From NCBI RefSeq assembly GCF_009914755.1, contig NC_060931.1: a stretch of 64,000 nt of DNA; one strand, given 5' to 3'. Position 1 is the stretch's first letter. The number at the start of each line of letters is the position of its first letter. Shown here piece after piece: positions 52,088 to 64,000 of this stretch. A program made the translations under genes and the position numbers. The notes beneath the pieces are model-generated. The model ran no database searches. It had not been told where the DNA came from and saw only the letters and a program-made list of their open reading frames with translations. The DNA comes from the human T2T-CHM13v2.0 reference genome, Homo sapiens.

Positions 52088-52521
52088 CTGTAAAAGACAC
52101 CAGTGTTACCAAGACCCTCATCAAGAATGTCATCACAGGGTGCCACAGACATAAAAAGGGTGACCCTGCAGACCCCTCCATACGAAAGGTGAGGTGTGAT
52201 GACGCTGGCCTAAGTCCTGCCATAGAGTAAACCTTTTCTGTTTATAGCACAAAATGGCATTCTGTAAACTTCGCGAGAGCGGAGGGGACTGAGGAGCTAA
52301 ATGGTAGACGTGAAGGCAGCCACAATGACCTCACCCAGCTCTGGGGGTCTCACGTGATCGACAAAGTTAACTCACGGCAAAAAAAAACCCCATCGTACCG
52401 AGCAGTTCACGTCATGAAAAAGCAAAGTGAAGCCTTCGCCAAAACCACCTCACAATTAAGATGGCTTCAGAATCCACTGACTTAGGTTATTTCACTGTGG
52501 TCAGCGTTTCTCTCTAAATAG

Positions 52522-52936
<415 letters not shown>

Positions 52937-53685
52937 CTAGCCATGGTGCGGGTCCCGATTCCTTCAACCACTGGGCGACCACCTAACACAGGCCCTCCCG
53001 GGGTGCAGTTCCACTACTCCCCTGCACCCTGCCTGTCAGCCAAGTCAGGCTTCCAGCTTCCAGCAAGGCCCCCTCTGCACCCGTGCAGAGAGAGGGGCAC
53101 GTCTGTCATTTGGTTTTCAGCACGTACTTGTGGGGCTGCCATGTGTGGGGAGCTGAGCTAGGTGCTTTCTTGCAGCTCCACGCTGTGAGAAGCCATCAGG
53201 CTGCAGAAGTCCTGGCTGACCCATGGGGCCTCCACAGGGCTCCGGATGCCTGCCGGGGTAGTGGTGCTGAGGGGCTGCCTTCTGCTTCCCCAGCAGCCTC
53301 AGAGGACCAATGCACGCCCCAAGCAGACATTTGAATGATCCCCTCTCACTCTGCTATTCAAATATTTGACAATATTCACCGGTACACAGTCCAAACACAA
53401 CACTTCCCATCACGCCTGTTTTCCTGACTCAGCCTCAGCATGGAGGAGTGAAACCTCCTCGCAGAGAGCAATTTGCCATTCAACATAATTGCTCTGGTAG
53501 GCTTAGTCTGTTAAGAAAGCTTTTAGAGGCAAAAGTTCAAACAGATAAAAATCATTAATACAGATCCCCATCTCCCCAGCAGAAAGCCCACATTGCACTT
53601 GGTGAGCCAGCAGTCTCTGCACAGCCCTGAGGCCTCCCCTCCCCGCAGCACCCCTGGGTGTGGGCACCCATGGCGCTGCAGTCAC

Positions 53686-53907
53686 CTGGAAAGCTGTCTC
53701 CACGGAGGGTGGCCTTGGGGCCATCCGCCTGTTCTCCAGACTCTCCCAGGGCCGCTCTCCCAGGGCTGCCTCGAGCTACTCCATGGTCCACGCCTTGCAT
53801 CAGGCCAGCCATCAGCTCAGCCATGCCGTCCAGCTCCAGGCCACTCAGGCCCCTCACCTCAGCCGGCTGCCTCTGCAGGTCCTTCAGGAGGGTATGAATC
53901 CGTGCTC
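53686..53907 (-). CDS. PTPRN2: PTPRN2 internal coding exon (222 nt, phase 1-1; probably exon 7)
   Basis: Minus strand cccctag|GAGCACGG...TTTCCAG|gtgac. Encodes (G)[73 protein letters not shown], recognised as the phogrin pro-region. Phase joins the next exon. Confidence 0.95.
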
Positions 53908-54329
53908 CTAGGGGCACACACACAAACACAAGGACGTTGTGGGTGGACGAATGCAAAGGTGAGGGCCTCCAGACCATAGGGGTGTGGTGGGCGTCTGCGG
54001 CGTCCCAAGGCAGTGGCCACCTAGGGCCAGGCGCAGGCCAGTGCTCAGAGAAGATTGGGATATTGGACTTGAATCTCAAATCCACCTGACCCTGTAACCA
54101 TCACTAGTTCAGTTCCCCAGAGGTGGAAAACCCACAGAATGGAAGGACAGACTCATCCACGCGCTCAGGAGGATGGAAAGCACAGCTTCCAGAAAACACT
54201 GGAATGACCAAGCCAGGAAGAGAGATGGGCTAGGCAACTTCACCATGTCCTCCAGAGGATAAAAGAATGGGATGAGCTGTGTCCCCCTCACTTGGCAGAA
54301 GGAGAAACAATGCCTGGCAAGGACAGCGC

Positions 54330-54396
54330 CCTGCCCAGGACACCCTGCCCAGCACACCCTGCCCAGCACACCCTGCCCAGCACACCCTGCCCAGCA
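54330..54396. repeat. ~14 bp x4-5 tandem repeat
   Basis: ccctgcccagcaca. Confidence 0.8.
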
Positions 54397-54649
54397 TGGA
54401 CCAACTCTAATTACATCTAAACACAGCCACACAGGGTCAAAGCCTCGTCCAAGAAAGTAACTGCTGCCGGAAAAGCCCCTTAAAGGAAGGTGGCAGGGTC
54501 TAGGCCCCCACTTCACACAAGCAGCAACAGATGCAGGAGGAGGCAGAAAAACAGAACCCGAAATTGAGAATAGGGCAGTCGATGATTAGAGCGAGGAGAC
54601 AAGGCCATTTGTGGAGCTGCCATAACCACGGAGAGATGTGTGCACCCGC

Positions 54650-56220
54650 TGCTCAGCAGAGTGGGGAAATTAAAACAGAATCCAACACACATTCTGTAAG
54701 TGAAGAGCACGGCGTCTGAAATCTAAAATTTATGTCCATTACGGGTGGACATAATGGAAGAAACGGTTTGTGAATCTGAAGACAGATCATAGAAGCGATC
54801 ATCGTTGGAAGAACAGAATGGGAGACGTTCTGCAGAACCTCAGTCACCCCTGGGGCATCCAAGCCGTCGGAGTCAGGAGGGCACGGGGGGGCGGGAAAGG
54901 AACCAGAAACACCTGAAAGAAAGCCCACAAGTCTCTCAAATCTGGGAAGGATTGTCACTCAGGGACTCAAGACAGTCACTAAGTTCCACGATAATAAAAT
55001 GCAAGGAGAACCACGCCATGACTTCAGCTGAGCTACTGCAAGTCAGAGATGGAGAAGATTCCTGGAAAGCAGCGGGGGCGGGGCGGGGGGAAGACACGCT
55101 CCACACATGAGAATGGAAAGGGTCCCAGGAGCGCAGAGGCCGCCAGACACCCTGCATGTCCTGTAAGAACAACGTATTTCATACAATGTGCAGAGTCAGG
55201 CATTTGACGTTACAGATAATGAATGCCACATTTGAAGGGTTGAAAGAAAAATCATTCAATCCAGGAGTTTATATCCAATGACAATATCCTTCAAACGAGA
55301 GGGTAAAGGAGAGACATTTTCATATCACGTATGTGAACAAAGCTGAGCCAGTGGGTCCCTGTGGGCCTGCACACAGGCTGAAGAGAAACACCACCACACA
55401 GAAGCCCAGAGCTGCGGGAGGAGCCAAAAAGCTCCTGAAAGGGTAAATATGTGGTTACATAAACAAGAAAGACCGTCTTCTTTTCTCCTCTTACTTTATC
55501 TAAAAAACAACTGATTGTTAGCAAGGAAAAATTATTACCACTTTAAGGTAGGGTTCATAAAACAGCTGCAGGCATGAACTGGATGGCACAAGAGGCTAGA
55601 GGGAGCTGAAGCCTCCTCACCGCGTCCAGGAAGTGGCACAGTGACAACTCCGAGGAGACTGTTTCAAAGGCGCCAGGGCGTTTCAACAGAGAAAGGAAAG
55701 TCTTTTCCAAAAGGACATCTTCCGTATTACCCAGAAATTGGACTCGTAAGTATTTACCCGAGAGAAGTGAAACCCGTAACCATGAGAGTTAAACGAGACT
55801 GTGGGTAGCAGCCTGACTCCTCATAGTTCCACAGACAGAGTCTAAAGTCCATGTGCCCGGCAGCAGGAGAGCGGATAAGGAGGCCACATCCACACCAGCA
55901 CTGAGCCAGAAGGAACCACAGAGACGAGAAGGGGGACAGACCTAGAACCAGTCAGGCTGAGTGAGAGAAGCCGGTCACCAGAGAATCCACAGAATCCTGT
56001 TAACAGAAGATGAAGTTCAAGGATGGGCGAGGTCTGCCCAGGGCAACCAGAGCCGCATCACCTGCAGGTGGGGCTGGGGCAGGAGGAAGCGTCGGGTGTG
56101 AGGGTGTGCCGTGCAGCGTGGCCGCTGGTTCCAGGCCCACATGCGTCCAACGCGTCATCGTGTCCACCTGCGGTCTGCGCATCTCGCCGTGTGTATACTC
56201 CCCCTCAACAGCAGCAATAA
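54650..56220 (+). mobile_element. Highly diverged old L1M fragments (ORF1-like and 3' end-like)
   Basis: ccaggagtttatatccaatgacaatatccttcaaacgagaggg...agacattttca resembles the ORF1 'PRILYPAKLSFK' region. Boundaries are approximate. Confidence 0.45.
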
Positions 56221-56409
56221 AGACTCTGCCCTAAAGAAGGTTCATGGGCCCATTTCCGAGCTTTGAAGGAAAACCTGACTTTCTTTTGTATTCAGTGTTG
56301 AAATCTCTGTCCTCATAAAGGTTTATGTAAAATAGCTCATGGCCACGTCTCTACCTTCCCGAACGACACCGGCAGAGTGACGCAGAGGGGACACAGAATG
56401 TCCTGACCT

Positions 56410-56590
56410 CAGTGGGGTCTCACCACGACCCTCCACTGTAGGGGGGTCCCCCTGCCACCCTCCACGCTAGAGGGGTCTCACCACGACCCTCCACCCTAGA
56501 CAGGTCCCGCCGCAACCTTCTGCCCTAGAGGGATCCCACTGCGACCCTCTGCCCTAGAGGGATCTCGGCACAATCCTCTACAATAGAAGC
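56410..56590. repeat. Degenerate ~29 bp tandem repeat
   Basis: gaccctc(c/t)(a/g)ccctagaggg(g/a)tc(t/c)c. Confidence 0.7.
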
Positions 56591-59500
56591 GGAGGAATTA
56601 TTTCTGCTTTTTACAAATTAAGAAATGTAGGCATTTTAGGTTTTTTGTCTGCGTCAAATGCATCACCAGGCCTGGGCTGCAGCCTGCAGTGTCTGCACAG
56701 GGCTCGACAGTGGCACTGCCTGTGGCACCCCCGTTCACTCAGCCGCACGTCCCGTCCTCTCTCCACAGCGCAGGCTGTGTCTAGTCCATGCCGAGGCAGC
56801 AGGGCCGGCACCCGGTCCCCACGTGCCCCGTTCACTGCATACGCAGGACAGGAGTCAGTGTCTGGGGCCGCCTAGACTCGCATGACTTTCCAAACACAAG
56901 TGCCGATGGCCTGTGGTGGGTTCTTTGAGTGAAAATTTTTTAAGTGCAGTCTCTCTTGCCCATTAATTGAAGCTGGTTCTTCAGGGGGCGTCTTGCTACA
57001 CGGCTGTAAGGACACATTTTTTGAAGTGTTTTGCTTCATTTCTGAACACTCTCTGCTGCACCCCATCCCCCACCAGGGTCTCGCATGGAAAGGGTCACAG
57101 CCATGACCCTCTGATTTTCCCCTTTGAAAACCTGAGTCCTGTCAGCGCCACTCCAGACTTGCTGTTGATGACTAAGACCCTCTGATGTAACGGCCTGAAC
57201 GTCCATGACAGGCATTTCTGAGACAGCATTATGTGTAGTTTAGCATGGGATGAAGCAGACAGAGTCCTTTAAAGTCAATCTGTACACGAAATGTGTGACG
57301 GACACGGGCGTTCTGATCGGAGCGTGCTGGGCGTTCACTGCCACCGATGTCCCCTGCTGGGGTGGCCGAGTGCCCCGCTCTGGCTGACGTTGAGGCCTCT
57401 GAATTGTTCGGCAGACAGTGGCGGCTTCTTTACCTTCGGGTTGAAGTGTCCGTATTAACCCCACATTTCTGATGCTCTGACATCTGGGGCCCTGCTGACC
57501 CTGGGGGCTGCCCCTCCCACAAACAGCCAATTCCCAGATAGTGAACAGTCACCCACTCCACACAGGCTTTCCACATGCAAACCCTGCGATCCGGAGCCCA
57601 CGCCCGCCTCCGCCTCTGTGGGCTCAGACTCCAGGCCACTGCCCTAGTCACCCTGGGGCAAGGACCAGACACGGGCAGCCCCTGGCCCCGGAGCGGCTGG
57701 AACTATTCAAGCTGGGCAGTCCTGTCCCTGACGACCCTGCCTTGCCCTCGCCCAGCCTCCGGACTGATGCTGGCGCATCCCTGTATCGACCCATGGCGTG
57801 GCCTGCCCCCTCCTCTCAAAATCTGTAAGTAACAAACTGTTGTTTCAACAGCAGCTGTACCCAGATCTCTCGGGCTTGCCGTCCTAAATCATAATGAAAC
57901 CTGCCGTTTAAAACAGAAGAAGGGAAACGCAGGGATTGGCATGGAGGCCGCGTACTCTTCTGTTTTTTCATTAGCCTTGAGCCTTGGAGGGGAGGGCCAG
58001 CCTCCCTTCGCCACACCCCCAGGGCCCACCAACCCCCACACATCAGCCCTCACCATGCATTCACTGATGGAATGCTACCTTCAAAGAAAGCTTCCAGCAA
58101 CAAACTCAGGAAAATACATCTCACTTTCTCACAAACAAAAACATGCCTAAAACCGCAGCAAAGCCTGCCTTCACCGCTACTCCTGTCTGCAGGTGACAAA
58201 GGGCTGAAGGGCTGGACAGTCCCAGGTCAACGGCACCCATGCCCCAGCTCCTTCCACGCTGACAGGCTCACGTTGTTTCACAGAGAAGATAAAAGATGTG
58301 CTCCGGAATTAAAGGTGTGTGTATACCACAGCCCTCGGTGCTGTTTTGAAAATGTGCTGCTCATTGCAGCTTTCAGAATCAGAAGAGCCATCTCAGCCTC
58401 GCAACCGAGCCACCGAGCCACGAGCCCAGAGCAACCTTTTCATTCTCATTCGCTGCAGTCTCCTCCCACCACAGATCTTTTTCTTTCCCAGCGATTATCA
58501 TCGCGACAGTCTTATCTCGCTCGTCCACGTCCACAGGTCCAATGCTGGCAACAAAGGGCTCACTCATCCCAAAGAAAATGGAAATAAGGAAGTGCAGGGA
58601 TCGGGAGGAAGAGCTGTGTCTGGAAAAGTAGGCGGCCACAGGCAAGAGCCTGAGTTCTGAAGGGTCCCGGGCTCCACCAGGCGGAGCCCAGAAAACTAAC
58701 AGCCCCAGAGAACTGGCAGGAGGCACCGGAGCCTGCGGCAGGAACCGGCACAGCTGCAGGGAGACCTGAAGGGCCCTCGGCATTGGGCATGGCTGTCCCC
58801 AGCAGTCGGCGTCCTCCGTGCTTAGGAGGCGAGGGATGTCTCCACACATGCCTGCACTAGCCAAGATGTGTGTCAGAGTCGGCCCGGCCATAGCTCACGG
58901 TGGACACCAGTCCCCGTGATGGAATTTCATCGGAGGGAAAGAAACAGGGAGGTGAGGAATGAGTGGTGGTTGCTAAGGAAAGGTCCTTCCTGTGGACACG
59001 AACCAATGAACACAGGCTCGGCTGCCCAGCGGCCTCCTCATCAGGTGAGTGGGGCAGGAGGGCCCCAGAGTAACGACCTGACCAGAGGCCTCGTCTGGGG
59101 CAAAGTCCATTATTTCTGATGTCACGATTCGCAGGAAGTGGCAGGGCCTCCAAGTGTGGTAGAACAATTCACTTCCAAGTCCAAAGATCCCTTCTGCCCT
59201 CCCAAAAGGACAAAAGGACTCTCCACACACTAGCTTGGCACAGCAGGCACCACAAGGCCTGGGAGCCTCCACCTGCATCTGTAGACACCGCCTTCCTGAG
59301 CTCCCAGGCAGCAGAGTGGCCACCGTCCCCCCCGCAGCCGGAGCTCCCCAGGACTGCAGCCCCGGGCCACCACCTGCCCAGACGACCCCACTGCAGCTCC
59401 AGAGAAGGTGACGTGGTCCGTGCGGGGACAAGTTTGGGACAGAGTTCCATTAACCGTTCTTCTGCAAGGCCCTGTGTTTCCTAAGGGGGCTGAAAAGCTG

Positions 59501-59686
59501 GTTGTGATATTTTGACAAATGGTGAGAGAATAAAAATCATGTGACTTCTCAATAAAGAAGGTTAAATGTTCTCGAATTCGGCATTTCCAGTGAAAATGAA
59601 TCATGTTTTGCCATACTGATCCACAAATAAACTTTTCTGAGCCCCCCAAGGTTTATAAAAATGATGTGCACAGGCCAGGGTATTCA

Positions 59687-60153
<467 letters not shown>

Positions 60154-60319
60154 CTAACAGCAAACACCGTCACTGTCAACACTGATGAGTCCTGCTTAAC
60201 ACAAAGACAGGTGTGTCGACCCACCCTGAACTTTGCAAAATGATGCTTATTCCCCTCTCAAACCCACACAGAAGCCAAGTGCCTGCTCTGAAGGAGGAAT
60301 TGAACAGCAAGCCACGTCT

Positions 60320-60776
60320 CCAGAATGCCACGGCTCGGCAAGACTTCCCTCACATCATCGCAAGAAGGTTCCAGAATACCACAGCTCGGCAAGACTTCCC
60401 TCACATCATCGCGAGAAGGTTCCAGAATACCGCGGCTCGGCAAGGTTTCCCTCACATCATCGCGAGAAGGTTCCAGAATACCACGGCTCGGCAAGGTTTC
60501 CCTCACATCATCGCGAGAAGGTTCCAGAATACCACGGCTCGGCAAGACTTCCCTCACATCATCGTGAGAAGGTTCCAGAATACCACAGCTCGGCAAGGTT
60601 TCCCTCACATCACGGTGAGAAGGTTCCAGAATACCACGGCTTGGCAAGACTTCCCTCACATCATCGCGAGAAGGTTCCAGAATACCACAGCTCGGCAAGG
60701 TTTCCCTCACATCACGGTGAGAAGGTTCCAGAATACCACGGCTTGGCAAGACTTCCCTCACATCATCGTGAGAAGG
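60320..60776. repeat. VNTR, 51 bp x9
   Basis: ccagaataccacggctcggcaagacttccctcacatcatcgcgagaaggtt. Confidence 0.97.
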
Positions 60777-61284
60777 GGCGGCAGTGCCCGGTACAGCGTG
60801 GTACAGTGAGCGCCACACTCAACCATATGAACAGCCTACTTGTATCGACAGAGAGCAGCTGGGAATGTAGAGTTTGGGGAACTGGCAGGCATCCACCCTT
60901 GAGAAACTGAGGCTCCATGGTGGACCAGGAAGGGAGGAAGAAATGGCAACGTGAGCAGAAAGGCCATCAGGCACGGCGGGAAAGCCAGAGCACCCTGGCC
61001 AGACGCGGCCAGGCTTGGCGTGGAGCTGCCAGTACTGAACCAACAGGGGCTCCCCTGCCGTGGCTGCAGCTGCCTGCACACTTTCTCAGGCCTGATTATT
61101 CTAGAATCTGTAGGGTGTTAGCTCACATTTCTTTTTCCATCATTGCAGCTAGGACCTTAGACACATTTAAAGTTCCCATCAATCCGATCATCCATCCTTG
61201 TGCTGCCCTGCCCTGGGGGATGCCAGGCTGGACTCCCATGAAGAAAGGCTGACCATGCTCCCGGAGTCTTGGCCCCAGCGCTCA

Positions 61285-61410
61285 TGGTCTGTGGTTTGGG
61301 GCAAGCTCGCTCATTTCTTCATGCCTCAGTTTCCATATCTGTAAAATGGTGACAAGTGAGGCATGGGCCCAGCATACTGTAAGTGCTTAATAAATTATAA
61401 CTATTATCAT
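61285..61410. mobile_element. MIR
   Basis: ttggggcaag...tgcctcagtttccatatctgtaaaatgg...gtaagtgcttaataaat. Confidence 0.7.
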
Positions 61411-61831
61411 GAAACAAGGAGAGGATGAGAAATCATTTTAGTTTTCCACTCTTTTCCCCCTTTCCCATCCATTCTGAAAACAAATACTTGGTTCTCCATG
61501 AGAAGCTCTCGCCACAGCTCATTGTGATCCTCAGGTGAGAAGTGAGGAACACAGTCAGAGAGCCCCTTAGATGCTCAGTCACACAAGCTGACAGGCACCT
61601 TCCAACTTGCTCAAGATCTAATTCAAGATTATGCATTTTGAAACTATTTTCTGCCAAAATATTAACCAAAATGTTAACCTATATTTAAAAAAATATGAAC
61701 CTCTCATTAAAGTCAAAGCCCAGTCTCCGTCCATCCCTCCACCCACTAACCTACCCATTGATTGCACCAACCTGTATTGGGCATCTATTGTGATCAAAGC
61801 CTGGGAACAAACATTATTCTAAGAAATAATA

Positions 61832-62190
<359 letters not shown>

Positions 62191-62306
62191 TCACACCAGC
62201 ACAGACACACTAAAATGTTTTGGAGGCCAGAGAGACTTGACCAATGGATAGAACAAGCAAACAGTTTACAGGGAAAATACACCATTAAGATCCTGTGAAG
62301 AGACTG

Positions 62307-64000
62307 AATGACACCCCATCTCACGCCACGTGTCTTTCCCCCTCAATGACACCCCATCTCACGCCACGTGTCTTTCCCCCTCAATGACACCCCATCTCAC
62401 GACACATGTCTTTCCCCCTCAATGACACCCCATCTCACGCCACGTGTCTTTCCCCCTCACTGACACCCCATCTCACGCCACACGTCTTTCCCCCTCAATG
62501 ACGCCCCATCTCACGCCACGTGTCATTCCCCCTCACTGACACCCCATCTCACGCCACGTGTCTTTCCCCCTCAATGACACCCCATCTCACGCCACGTGTC
62601 ATTCCCCCTCACTGACACCCCATCTCACGCCACGTGTCATTCCCCCTTCAATGACACCCCATCTCACGCCACTTGTCTTTCCCCCTCAATGACACCCCAT
62701 CTCACGCCACGTGTCTTTCCCCCTCAATGACACCCCATCTCACGCCACACGTCTTTCCCCCTCAATGACACCCCATCTCACGCCACGTGTCTTTCCCCCT
62801 CACTGACACCCCATCTCACGCCACGTGTCTTTCCCCCTCAATGACACCCCATCTCACGCCACGTGTCTTTCCCCTTCAATGACACCCCATCTCACGCCAC
62901 GTGTCTTTCCCCCTCAATGACACCCCATCTAACGCCACGTGTCTTTCCCCCTCAATGACACCCCATCTCACGCCACGTGTCTTTCCCCCTCAATGACACC
63001 CCATCTCACGCCACGTGTCTTTCCCCCTCAATGACACCCCATCTCACGCCACGTGTCTTTCCCCCTCAATGACACCCCATCTCACGCCACGTGTCTTTCC
63101 CCCTCAATGACACCCCATCTCACGCCACGTGTCTTTCCCCCTCAATGACACCCCATCTCACGCCACACGTCTTTCCCCCTCAATGACACCCCATCTCACG
63201 CCACGTGTCTTTCCCCCTCAATGACACCCCATCTCACGCCACGTGTCTTTCCCCCTCAATGACACCCCATCTCACGCCACGTGTCTTTCCGCCTCAATGA
63301 CACCCCATCTCACGCCACATGTCTTTCCCCCTCAATGACACCCCATCTCACGCCACGTGTCTTTCCCCTTCAATGACACCCCATCTCACGCCACACGTCT
63401 TTCCCCCTCAATGACACCCCATCTCACGCCACGTGTCTTTCCCCCTCAATGACACCCCATCTCACGCCACGTGTCTTTCCCCCTCAATGACACCCCATCT
63501 CACGCCACGTGTCTTTCCCCCTCAATGACACCCCATCTCACGCCACGTGTCTTTCCCCCTCAATGACACCCCATCTCACGCGTGTCTTTCCCCCTCAATG
63601 ACACCCCATCTCACGCCACGTGTCTTTCCCCCTCAATGACACCCCATCTCACGCCACGTGTCTTTCCCCCTCAATGACACCCCATCTCACGCCACGTGTC
63701 TTTCCCCCTCAATGACACCCCATCTCACGCCACGTGTCTTTCCCCCTCAATGACACCCCATCTCACGCCACGTGTCTTTCCCCCTCAATGACACCCCATC
63801 TCACGCCACGTGTCTTTCCCCCTCAATGACACACCATCTCACGCCACGTGTCTTTCCCCCTCAATGACACCCCATCTCACGCCACGTGTCTTTCCCCCCA
63901 ATGACACCCCATCTCACGCCACGTGTCTTTCCCCCTCAATGACACCCCATCTCACGCCACGTGTCTTTCCCCCTCAATGACACCCCATCTCACGCCACGT
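62307..64000. repeat. VNTR, 38 bp, >=44 copies, runs off the window end
   Basis: aatgacaccccatctcacgccacgtgtctttccccctc, highly homogeneous. Confidence 0.98.

Overview
Primate (almost certainly human) genomic DNA from inside the PTPRN2 gene (IA-2beta/phogrin, a dense-core-vesicle receptor-type phosphatase; distal 7q from memory), transcribed on the minus strand. Four internal coding exons (53907-53686, 52087-52047, 49451-49069, 26297-26211) have canonical AG/GT ends and compatible phases, and they splice into one continuous luminal/ectodomain peptide. Exon numbers 7-10 used here are recalled, not derived. The rest is intron: Alus and Alu monomers, L1s (one a clean twin-priming inversion), MaLR/ERVL pieces, MER DNA-transposon relics, MIR/L2, and about 15 tandem repeats. 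Most long ORFs in the track are repeat artefacts. The main observation is that several VNTRs repeat a recognisable motif in most or all units: a perfect heat-shock element x8, CRE, E-box/SRE/XRE x~44, ETS-like, and a 3'SS-9nt-5'SS splice module x~50. There is also a candidate in-frame 66-nt cryptic exon next to multi-kb UG-rich tracts. The motifs are read directly from the sequence; their function is hypothesis only.
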